Shown: positions 60,601-64,000 of the stretch, piece after piece
Layout of the letters: each line of letters opens with the position of its first letter
Numbering within the stretch: position 1 is the stretch's first letter
Origin: Octopus sinensis
Taxonomy: Eukaryota
NCBI RefSeq assembly: GCF_006345805.1
Contig: NC_043000.1
Location: 83,576,001 to 83,640,000 of the forward strand
Direction: 5' to 3'
Length of the DNA stretch: 64,000 nucleotides
Position numbers and translations under genes: made by a program
The notes under the pieces: generated by a model
Seen by the model: the letters and a program-made list of their open reading frames with translations, nothing else
What the model was told of the DNA's origin: nothing
Database searches by the model: none

Positions 60601-62917
60601 GGGTAATACTGAAGACTTCCTTTTGCATAACAGACTGGCAGGTATTTTGGGTTATAGGAAAGTTCATCATAAACATTTTAACTGCAGGAAAATATGTTGG
60701 AAAAAAAGTAAAAATAAATTGAAAAAAAAAAAAAAATTAGCTGTTTTTTAAAAATGGCTGCTTCATCAACTAACCTACCAATTAGCAAAAGATAATTTCT
60801 TTAAAATGAGTTATCTAGTTTACAGTCTGCTTACGTGCCTTCTTTATGGTGAAATTTCCCATTGCAAAAATGTTTACAGTGAATTTTCTGGACATGGGTA
60901 TTTTGTATTTGAGCAATTTGGCAAAAGTAATGTTGTTTATCTTGATGTCAGCAGAATTTTCATACTTATGCTTGATGTGAAAAAGTTATCTTCCTTTGAT
61001 TCTTTCCACTTCAGTGCTTCATCATAATGTATATATATATATATATATATATCAATATGGTTCTCTCCCCAACCCCCATTATATTAACTCTGGTTTGTGT
61101 CAGGATTTGGTTCAGTCTCCTATACTCTTTCTTCAGTAGATTAATAATCTGTTTACTATCACTTGTAACAACACTCGCTACCAGCCTTCACCCTTCTTTT
61201 ACACTCCACACAGACATTATCTATCTACATGCCTCTTGCACTGTTTCTGTAATCACAATATCTTGTATCACTACATGAAACTCTCTACATTTTCTTACAA
61301 AGAAGAATGTTCCTGCCTTACTGAAGGCAACAGATAAAGCTTGCTTCCATTGGTTTATAAGCTATAGGTTCTTTTTTTTTACTGAAGTTCTATTGTTATA
61401 TGATATAGTTAATGAACCAAACTATTTATCTTTGAGTATTTGTGTTTATGTGTTCAAAATATGTACGCATACATGTATAGGTATAATTTACTGCATACTG
61501 CTAGCTTCATATGATTAAATCTGCATTCATCTTTTATTAAATCTCAAACAGATGGAAGCTTCCAAAAGAGTAACTGGGACATTATTTTGTTAAATATTCA
61601 AATTCCTGAATTGAACCTGGCTGAATTTCTTGAAGAATGTCTACAGCAAGGTGCATTCCTGACACTCCATGCTTACCTCCTACAACAGCTCTCCTCAGCA
61701 ACTGACTGTAGTGAAGAACAAGCTGTCATTTGGAAAGTGCTGGAATGGAGTACAAAAGGAAAATCTAGGTAAGCCTTCCATTTTTTTGAGTCTATTTCAA
61801 TCTGATAAAAAGTTCTAAATACTAATATTTTGGTTGATTGGAAGGCAGTGAGCTAGCAGAATCATTAGCATGCTGAGTAAAATGCTTAGCTGCATTTCGT
61901 CTGTCTTTACATTCTGAGTTCAAATTCCACTGAGGTCGACTTTGCCTTTCACCCTTTTGCAGTCGATAAAGTAAGTACCAGTTGATCACTGGGGTCGTTG
62001 TAATTGACTTACCCCTCCCCTGAACTTGCTGGCCTTGTGCCAAAATTTAAAACTAATATTTTGGTTGATTGCACAAGATGCTTAGCAGCATTTCCTCCAA
62101 CACTTTATATTCTGACTTCAAATGTTGCCAAAGTTGACTTTGCTTTTCACGCTTTTCACCAGTCAAGTACTGAGTTTGATGTAACCAACTTCCCCCTCCT
62201 CTTAAAATTGCTGGCCTTGTGCCAAAATTTGAAAGAAATATTTTGATTGATTGTCAAAAATTTTAACTTACTATTTAATGCAAAATTTTATTATTTTCAC
62301 TTTTGGCATTTCACTAACATCAGTGTATTTATCTGCTCTATCTCAATTGGAAAGTAATTCTATTACAATGAGAGGATGCTGAAAAGTTCCTGGCTTTGGG
62401 TAAAAGAAAATACAGGAGGATCAGTTTATTATCATTCACACACCTATTGCAATTAATTATGAGTCACACACCTACTGCAGTAGGCTTTCAATTTTTCTAA
62501 GCCCTGGAAAAGAACTCAGAAGATTGGGCCTCCAATCAGGCCGTTTGTGATACCCTTAAAGCCAAGAACTTTTCAGTACCCCCTTGTATACAAGCTTACA
62601 GGAGACATTCTGTTTCCAACATTCTCTTAATCCTACATTCTACATTTTTCAAAATGTACATCTTTCAGTTTTGACATTTTGTTAAATTTCTTTCCTTATC
62701 TCTTTAGTAGTGACAATGAAGGAAAAATGCTACTGTGGTGGCACAAATGCTTTTGTCAGATGATTTCCCAACTGGAGAATAAGACTTGTTCCACTACAGA
62801 CATTGCACAGATACTATCAGCATTCATTCACATGTTGACTCCATTGGCTGAAGATAAAGACACAACTGGTATCCTTGGAGCTATTGGTTTAGGCAGAAGG
62901 TCTACTTTGTCCATCAA
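387..62917 (+). CDS. EPG5: EPG5 (ectopic P-granules autophagy protein 5 homolog), partial multi-exon gene; 36 coding exons in window, 5' and 3' ends outside
   Basis: Hand-spliced exons give one continuous frame (5701 nt) with GT-AG introns. Peptides match recalled human EPG5 motifs: [104 protein letters not shown]. Confidence 0.95.
1228..1371 (+). CDS. EPG5: EPG5 exon w2
   Basis: acag|G CAA...GAA AG|gtaagc; [10 protein letters not shown]...[20 protein letters not shown]. Confidence 0.92.
1456..1657 (+). mobile_element. piggyBac-like MITE (about 200-220 bp), copy 1
   Basis: Family ends CCCTTTAGCATT...AATGCTAAAGGG with TTAA flanks; homologous copies at 16320, 20798, 21338, 37437 and about 49060. 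Confidence 0.65.
1728..2125 (-). mobile_element. 5'-truncated RTE LINE 3' UTR or RTE-tailed SINE with a 63-bp tandem repeat
   Basis: (CAT)n tail at left; shares ttaacgtccg...tccatgctagcatgggttggacgg...ctggatgcccttcctaacgccaaccactc with the 3' end of the LINE at 50929; CpG-rich. Confidence 0.8.
1905..2110. repeat. 63-bp tandem repeat, 3 full units plus a partial
   Basis: gtgccacc(a/g)acacaggtgccagacgaggctggc... starts at 1905, 1968, 2031, 2094. Confidence 0.95.
2207..2555 (-). mobile_element. tRNA-derived SINE, family C (about 400 bp, internal CA/TA microsatellite)
   Basis: Homologous to 8712, 9200, 15760, 36160, 63230; tail ...cagtcaaatgactgaaacaagtaaaaga on the minus strand. Confidence 0.7.
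2658..2875 (+). mobile_element. tRNA-derived SINE, family B (central domain recalls Meta/MESC-type SINEs)
   Basis: Head ggtgagttggcagaa..ttagca...ttcaaattcc; core gcctttcatcctttcggggtcgataaaataagtacc; other copies near 790, 12510, 19345, 33625 (-), 41790, 53775, 58240; superfamily name is from memory. Confidence 0.65.
3626..3780 (+). CDS. EPG5: EPG5 exon w3
   Basis: ttcag|G ATG GGG...AAA G|gtttca (weak donor, required by phase); [28 protein letters not shown]. Confidence 0.85.
4520..4800 (+). repeat. Unclassified interspersed repeat, family E
   Basis: aaccccaaagaatc..ctctcaacacatggctatgatgctccccc...gatgcacat..tcagccactaagggacat recurs at 19940-20170 and 54225-54445. Confidence 0.7.
5958..6109 (+). 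CDS. EPG5: EPG5 exon w4
   Basis: tttag|AT CCA...GAG|gtaggt; [29 protein letters not shown]...VEVFE. Confidence 0.92.
6449..6790 (+). mobile_element. Penelope-like element fragment, GIY-YIG endonuclease region
   Basis: ORF 6425-6787: [24 protein letters not shown]...FIYIGCS...NNHFSSFR...[12 protein letters not shown] fits the PLE pattern CxCR...CPLxGxCL...YIG...HxSSF...LSKxxWxLK. Confidence 0.8.
6761..6884. repeat. 25/26-bp tandem repeat x5 at the PLE/RTE junction
   Basis: aaggaaaacaggattga(a)tatcccta starts at 6761, 6787, 6813, 6838, 6863. Confidence 0.95.
6885..7715 (-). mobile_element. RTE-clade LINE fragment, AP-endonuclease domain
   Basis: [11 protein letters not shown]...[10 protein letters not shown]...GVGI...ISAHTPQAG...AGDFNG...[12 protein letters not shown]...NINFRK...ITYQSG..SQINFIL; the expected QE and IDY catalytic residues appear substituted (QK, INF). 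Confidence 0.9.
7864..7921 (+). mobile_element. Short 3' tail fragment of RTE-type element
   Basis: gaaccgtccaacccatgctagcatggaaaacggacgctaaatg(aat)gatgatg. Confidence 0.75.
8002..8200 (+). mobile_element. Mariner-derived MITE (about 215 bp), copy 1
   Basis: TA|caagggggtgctgaaa...ggaacttttcagca; copies at 42650-42865 and about 62369-62586. Confidence 0.7.
8341..8481 (+). CDS. EPG5: EPG5 exon w5
   Basis: tttcag|ATT GCG...GGG|gtgagt; [28 protein letters not shown]. Confidence 0.93.
8712..9165 (-). mobile_element. SINE family C
   Basis: Full-length, long (TA)n at about 8938-8985, 13-bp internal duplication ggctatagtagaa. Confidence 0.75.
9200..9612 (+). mobile_element. SINE family C, inverted relative to 8712-9165
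   Basis: Head ggttatgtagttaagaag...ggttcagtcccactg...gggcaagtgtcttctacta; tail atgaaacaaataaaagataaaag. Confidence 0.72.
9757..10881 (+). mobile_element. Defective mariner transposon, internally deleted, carrying a 319-bp insertion
   Basis: TA|TTGGGTCATTCCATAAATAATG...CATTATTTATGGGATGAACCAA|TA (20/22 TIR match); transposase N-terminus [16 protein letters not shown] at 9940; C-terminus [28 protein letters not shown]. Confidence 0.92.
11454..11603 (+). mobile_element. 5'-truncated RTE-type 3' tail element
   Basis: ggcgtta.gaagggcatccagccgtagaaac...catggaaaacggacgctaaacgac(gat)n. Confidence 0.8.
11691..11855 (+). CDS. EPG5: EPG5 exon w6
   Basis: gacag|ATG GCG...GAG|gtatga; [14 protein letters not shown]...[11 protein letters not shown]. 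Confidence 0.93.
12917..13415. mobile_element. pogo/Tigger-like MITE, 499 bp
   Basis: TA|CCGTAAATCCTCGAGTATA...TATACTCGAGGATTTATGG|TA (18/19 TIR match); repeated subterminal ttatac(t/a)c(g/a)agg motifs. Confidence 0.85.
13524..13646 (+). CDS. EPG5: EPG5 exon w7
   Basis: ttcag|AAC ACA...CAG|gtagag; [25 protein letters not shown]...MEGVKQ. Confidence 0.92.
13814..14073 (+). CDS. EPG5: EPG5 exon w8
   Basis: cacag|GTG GCG...CAC GA|gtaagt; [15 protein letters not shown]...[15 protein letters not shown]. Confidence 0.93.
14617..15082 (+). mobile_element. RTE LINE endonuclease fragment directly adjoining an RTE 3' tail
   Basis: [23 protein letters not shown]...[10 protein letters not shown] (14617-14800), a C-run, then tggcacgtaaaaagcac...ggaagggcatccagctgtagaaac...(gat)n. 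Confidence 0.8.
15244..15384 (+). CDS. EPG5: EPG5 exon w9
   Basis: ttcag|T GTT...CAA GA|gtgagt; [12 protein letters not shown]...[14 protein letters not shown]. Confidence 0.92.
15618..15724. repeat. (AAACC/ACACC)n pentanucleotide microsatellite
   Basis: About 20 units read directly. Confidence 0.95.
15760..16168 (-). mobile_element. SINE family C
   Basis: Close match to 63230-63609. Confidence 0.78.
16320..16531 (+). mobile_element. piggyBac-like MITE, copy 2
   Basis: ttaa|cccttcagtatttaaactggcc...; same internal sequence as copy 1, degraded right end. Confidence 0.6.
17885..18115 (-). mobile_element. SINE family D
   Basis: gtgaaatgaa.tgttttgctcaagaacacaa...aaccactaagccatg shared with 18725-19015, 38875-39122 and (+) 37675-37800. 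Confidence 0.6.
18278..18398 (+). CDS. EPG5: EPG5 exon w10
   Basis: tgcag|G TTC...CTG|gtaaag; [13 protein letters not shown]...KLFNSMIL. Confidence 0.9.
18509..18606 (+). CDS. EPG5: EPG5 exon w11
   Basis: attag|ACT CAA...GAC AG|gtaatt; [32 protein letters not shown]. Confidence 0.9.
19755..19851 (+). CDS. EPG5: EPG5 exon w12
   Basis: gatag|A AAC...CAA|gtaaat; [14 protein letters not shown]...LLSEQYQ. Confidence 0.9.
20208..20465 (+). mobile_element. RTE-tailed SINE variant
   Basis: cttgaaaacaggtgagggttggtgacaggaaaggcatccagct.tagaaaatctg...(gat)n; similar to 14225-14400 and 32180-32330. Confidence 0.6.
20798..21017 (+). mobile_element. piggyBac-like MITE, copy 3
   Basis: TTAA at 20794-97 and 21018-21; ccctttag...ctaaaagt ends. 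Confidence 0.7.
21338..21550 (+). mobile_element. piggyBac-like MITE, copy 4
   Basis: ttaa|ccctttaacattc...gaatgttaaaggg. Confidence 0.7.
21715..21948 (+). CDS. EPG5: EPG5 exon w13
   Basis: ttcag|TGT ATG...AAG|gttagt; [17 protein letters not shown]...SVEQAWK. Confidence 0.93.
22114..22280 (+). CDS. EPG5: EPG5 exon w14
   Basis: ttcag|AAA TCT...GGA AG|gtatat; [33 protein letters not shown]. Confidence 0.94.
23958..24109 (+). CDS. EPG5: EPG5 exon w15
   Basis: cacag|C TTA...ACA G|gtgagg; [24 protein letters not shown]. Confidence 0.92.
25900..26014 (+). CDS. EPG5: EPG5 exon w16 (poorly conserved linker)
   Basis: tttag|AA TCT...CAA AA|gtgagt; phase 1 in and phase 2 out fit both neighbours; [17 protein letters not shown]. 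Confidence 0.8.
26431..26554 (+). CDS. EPG5: EPG5 exon w17
   Basis: ttcag|C TTA...AAG|gtgggt; [33 protein letters not shown]. Confidence 0.93.
27705..27900 (+). mobile_element. Degenerate RTE LINE ORF C-terminus
   Basis: [32 protein letters not shown] aligns with [33 protein letters not shown] of the 51412 ORF. Confidence 0.7.
28013..28402 (-). mobile_element. Tandem dimer of SINE family B
   Basis: ggctaaacacag.gggacaaacaaggacagacaaa occurs twice (about 28040 and 28220); same subfamily as 55295-55527 (+). Confidence 0.8.
28425..28700 (+). mobile_element. RTE-type 3' tail element
   Basis: gcacccagtacactctgtaaagtggttggcattaggaagggcatccagcc...(gat)n; similar + copies at 38580-38760, 40015-40208, 48315-48533, 52735-52902. 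Confidence 0.72.
29037..29184 (+). CDS. EPG5: EPG5 exon w18 (3' end set by phase; competing donor at 29121)
   Basis: tgcag|AGT CCT TGG ATG GAG...ACT G|gttagt; only the 29185 donor gives the phase 1 needed by the next exon. Confidence 0.72.
29560..29800 (-). mobile_element. Degenerate BovB-like RTE 3' end
   Basis: Minus strand reads [22 protein letters not shown], the CxxC...GLxSH C-terminal finger typical of BovB-type RTE. Confidence 0.55.
30328..30496. repeat. 19-20 bp minisatellite, about 8 units
   Basis: taaggtgatcataaa(a)t(c/a)a(a/c) repeated. Confidence 0.95.
30562..30733 (+). CDS. EPG5: EPG5 exon w19
   Basis: tctag|CC ACA...GCT AG|gtaata; [17 protein letters not shown]...[12 protein letters not shown]. 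Confidence 0.9.
31185..31275 (+). CDS. EPG5: EPG5 exon w20
   Basis: ttcag|A AAT...CAG|gtatat; [22 protein letters not shown]. Confidence 0.88.
31325..31880 (-). mobile_element. 5'-truncated degenerate RTE LINE
   Basis: (CAT)n tail at 31325, RTE 3' UTR, then coding remnant ...[10 protein letters not shown]... resembling the 51412 ORF. Confidence 0.68.
32010..32800 (+). mobile_element. Composite of SINE C head, RTE-tail variant and RTE 3' UTR
   Basis: ccttaaggcaagtgtctttcacta (family C), then ggaaacaagcaacagttggtgacaggaagg, then gggcctcacggaggcaat...ggcattaagaagagtatcc...(gat)n. Confidence 0.6.
33180..33257 (+). CDS. EPG5: EPG5 exon w21
   Basis: gatag|GTC CCA...AGA|gtaagt; [26 protein letters not shown] (cf. 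human LHLECRG...KCQG). Confidence 0.88.
33945..35157 (+). mobile_element. Defective Tc1-type transposon, 1213 bp, DD36E spacing
   Basis: TA|CAGGGGTTGGACAAAATA...TATTTTGTCCAACCCCTG|TA; remnants [64 protein letters not shown]; multiple stops and frameshifts. Confidence 0.93.
36160..36495 (-). mobile_element. SINE family C
   Basis: Same tail and body; internal (GA)n. Confidence 0.72.
36612..36754 (+). CDS. EPG5: EPG5 exon w22
   Basis: tatag|GTA TGT...ATC AC|gtaagt; [17 protein letters not shown]. Confidence 0.92.
37437..37641 (-). mobile_element. piggyBac-like MITE, copy 5
   Basis: TTAA on both sides (37433-36, 37642-45); internal sequence is the reverse complement of copies 1-4. Confidence 0.65.
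38351..38519 (+). CDS. EPG5: EPG5 exon w23
   Basis: ttcag|T ACA...CAG|gtaagt; [21 protein letters not shown]. Confidence 0.94.
40737..40928 (+). CDS. EPG5: EPG5 exon w24
   Basis: tgcag|GAA TTT...AAG|gtaagt; LMSPHFLPN...DMAFMLLSK. Confidence 0.93.
41016..41327. mobile_element. hAT (Charlie-like) MITE, 312 bp
   Basis: 15-bp TIR CAGTGGTTCTCAACC / GGTTGAGAACCACTG; 8-bp TSD ccttagac / cctttgac (7/8). Confidence 0.88.
42650..42865 (-). mobile_element. Mariner-derived MITE, copy 2
   Basis: TA|CAAGGGAGTGCTGAAA...TTTCAGCACTCCCTCA|TA. Confidence 0.75.
43090..43221 (+). CDS. EPG5: EPG5 exon w25
   Basis: cttag|TTC GAT...GAG|gtgagt; FDVCIWL...[14 protein letters not shown]. Confidence 0.92.
45285..45366 (+). 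CDS. EPG5: EPG5 exon w26
   Basis: tgcag|CTG TTC...AAA G|gtcagt; [27 protein letters not shown]. Confidence 0.88.
46996..47162 (+). CDS. EPG5: EPG5 exon w27
   Basis: tatag|TT TCA...CAG|gtcagt; [10 protein letters not shown]...QLSSHQ. Confidence 0.9.
47967..48159 (+). CDS. EPG5: EPG5 exon w28
   Basis: tccag|CTC GCA...CAG G|gtaagt; [17 protein letters not shown]. Confidence 0.93.
49060..49277 (-). mobile_element. piggyBac-like MITE, copy 6
   Basis: ...ctaaaggg|ttaa at 49278; reverse-complement internal match; left end approximate. Confidence 0.6.
49522..49698 (+). CDS. EPG5: EPG5 exon w29
   Basis: tttag|TG ATT...AAA T|gtaagt; [10 protein letters not shown]...LIPWTAGD...NFCDAI. Confidence 0.92.
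50649..50836 (+). CDS. EPG5: EPG5 exon w30
   Basis: tacag|CT TTA...ACT|gtaagt; LGRLWIFY...LALLPWDQL. Confidence 0.9.
50929..52293 (-). mobile_element. Young 5'-truncated RTE-clade LINE: RT C-terminal half with embedded PHD-type finger, 3' UTR and (GAT)n tail
   Basis: Open ORF to stop at 51412: RVNVAKTK...[10 protein letters not shown]...RIRIAWAKF...[17 protein letters not shown]...[12 protein letters not shown]...[10 protein letters not shown]; homology ends near 52293. Confidence 0.93.
53308..53496 (+). CDS. EPG5: EPG5 exon w31
   Basis: gacag|ATT CGT...TTT|gtaagt; [20 protein letters not shown]. Confidence 0.9.
54617..54710. repeat. Compound (AAT)n-(TTC)n-(C-rich) microsatellite upstream of exon w32
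   Basis: Read directly. Confidence 0.9.
54757..54914 (+). CDS. EPG5: EPG5 exon w32
   Basis: tccag|ACT GAA...CTA CG|gttagt; [31 protein letters not shown]. Confidence 0.9.
55295..55527 (+). mobile_element. SINE family B
   Basis: Near full length; tail ccccttgtgggcaataaagaaataag. Confidence 0.8.
56900..57590 (-). mobile_element. Degenerate RTE LINE RT fragment
   Basis: [20 protein letters not shown] and ...RFDGAY... resemble RTE FKYLGS.I.S...DI..RKA and LDG.YTRML blocks. Confidence 0.6.
57630..57720 (+). mobile_element. LINE RT fragment with YADD motif
   Basis: gag tat gct gat gat act gct tta ttt gca = [10 protein letters not shown]. Confidence 0.6.
57860..58230 (+). mobile_element. R4/NeSL-type non-LTR retrotransposon fragment, restriction-like endonuclease domain
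   Basis: [26 protein letters not shown]...[16 protein letters not shown]...VVINAL fits the K.LWD..I.TD......RPDI...DK...EK..KY..L..E...LW......P.V.GALG pattern. Confidence 0.72.
58504..58703 (+). CDS. EPG5: EPG5 exon w33
   Basis: tctag|C TTG...GCA G|gtaagg; LIKSASKF...[10 protein letters not shown]. Confidence 0.9.
60234..60482 (+). CDS. EPG5: EPG5 exon w34
   Basis: tccag|TT GCT...TCA G|gttagt; [31 protein letters not shown]. Confidence 0.94.
61552..61768 (+). CDS. EPG5: EPG5 exon w35
   Basis: aacag|AT GGA...TCT AG|gtaagc; [37 protein letters not shown]. Confidence 0.94.
61842..62240 (+). mobile_element. Two tandem SINE family B copies
   Basis: ...ccttgtgccaaaattt..aactaatattttggttgatt ends both units; second unit degraded. 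Confidence 0.7.
62369..62586 (+). mobile_element. Mariner-derived MITE, copy 3
   Basis: gatgctgaaaagttcctggcttt...aagaacttttcagtacccccttg|TA. Confidence 0.7.
62708..62917 (+). CDS. EPG5: EPG5 exon w36 (gene continues beyond window)
   Basis: tttag|T AGT...ATC AA|gtaagg; [10 protein letters not shown]...[16 protein letters not shown]. Confidence 0.94.
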
Positions 62918-63229
62918 GTAAGGCATACTTTTCCCTTAATAATGGAGTTTGGTGATAATAGTTTTCTTGTAACGATTATTTGCCAATCTGATGTGATGCA
63001 TGTCTATAAAGGACACAGATTGTGTGTCATATAGCATTCACCCCAAATGGGACTGCCACATTAGATTGGCAAATAATCGTTGTTACTTTCAAGTGCTGCT
63101 ACTGAATATCTCTCATTGAGAGATTTAAGAACAATAATAGTTTTCTTGTACTAATGCTTGTATATATATTTATGTATTTGTGTGTGTGTGTGTGTGTGTA
63201 TAGGTCAAAAATAAGGAGTGTATTGCACT

Positions 63230-63609
63230 ATTTACTCGTTTCAGTCATTTGACTGTGGCCATGCTGGAGCACTGCCTTTAGTCGAGGAAATCGACCCCAG
63301 GACTTATTCTTTGTAAGCCTAGTACTTATTCTATCGGTCTCTTTTGTTACGGGGACGTAAACACACCAGCATTGGTTGTCAACCGATGTTGGTGGGGACA
63401 AACACAACACACAAACATACACACATATATATATATACATATATACAACGGGCTTCTTTCAGTTTCCGTCTACCAAATCCACTCACAAGGCTTTGGTCGG
63501 CCCGAGGCTATAGTAGAAGACACTTGCCCAAGGTGCCACGCAGTGGGACTGAACCCGGAACCATGTGGTTCGTAAGCAAGCTACTTACCACACAGCCACT
63601 CCTACGCCT
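63230..63609 (-). mobile_element. SINE family C, CpG-rich and probably young
   Basis: Minus-strand head aggcgtaggagtggctgtgtggtaagtagcttgct...ccgggttcagtcccactgcg with tRNA-like A/B boxes. Confidence 0.82.
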
Positions 63610-63924
63610 ATAATATTTTCAGAAGTCAACATGTATAGTAATAAACAAACAAACGGAAAAAAGACACAGAAGGTCAAGTCGAAAACCATACACTAAATGC
63701 ACAGATGAACAGAGAACAAACACAGAAGGTCACCAACTCCTCATCAGTTATTGGTCAGCGGGGGTCAGGCGCAATTTCATGCCATTATTGATAATATTAC
63801 TTCCACCCTGGAGGTAACCAGCAAGAGAACTTGTTGGGAATATGACCAAAACATAACAAAACAAAATTAGATGGATGTATTCCTTGTTCATCCTAGTTTG
63901 TCCATCTCATTTTGTTTTATGTTC

Positions 63925-64000
63925 AGTCATCTTGCATGGCACCTTGGGCAAGTGTCTTCTACTGTAGCCTCAGACTGATGAAAGCCTTGTGGTTGGATTT
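63925..64000 (+). mobile_element. SINE family C, partial at window edge
   Basis: catggcaccttgggcaagtgtcttctactgtagcc...aaagccttgtg. Confidence 0.7.

Noticed and set aside
387-62917. Minor (U12) or non-canonical introns in EPG5
   Set aside because: All traced donors are GT without the GTATCCTT signature, and all acceptors are AG.
63480-63609. tRNA gene
   Set aside because: tRNA-like boxes run straight into the SINE body with no complete cloverleaf; the same applies to the other SINE heads.

Overview
AT-rich, microsatellite- and transposon-dense eukaryotic DNA. The repeat landscape (tRNA-derived SINEs, RTE-type tails ending in (GAT)n) matches my recollection of Octopus genomes; this is an inference, not a database result. 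The window lies inside one + strand gene, EPG5 (ectopic P-granules autophagy protein 5). I traced 36 GT-AG coding exons from 387 to 62917 (5701 nt, about 1900 codons) with compatible phases at every junction; both gene ends lie outside the window. The introns hold RTE LINE fragments (one with an open ORF carrying a PHD-type finger inside the RT), a Penelope GIY-YIG fragment, an R4/NeSL-type RLE fragment, a mariner, a DD36E-spaced Tc1, pogo-, hAT-, piggyBac- and mariner-like MITEs, and several SINE families. I found no multi-gene novel system and no CRISPR, rRNA or true tRNA gene. The most unusual signal is a 319-bp insertion inside the mariner, built from two near-perfect copies of nearby DNA (one inverted) and bounded by a 7-bp direct repeat, which creates a 131-bp dsRNA stem in the EPG5 pre-mRNA. 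Other candidates are two long intronic hairpins, a competing frameshifting splice donor, and inverted repeat pairs that could drive ADAR editing or back-splicing. Repeat boundaries are approximate unless TIR/TSD coordinates are stated.
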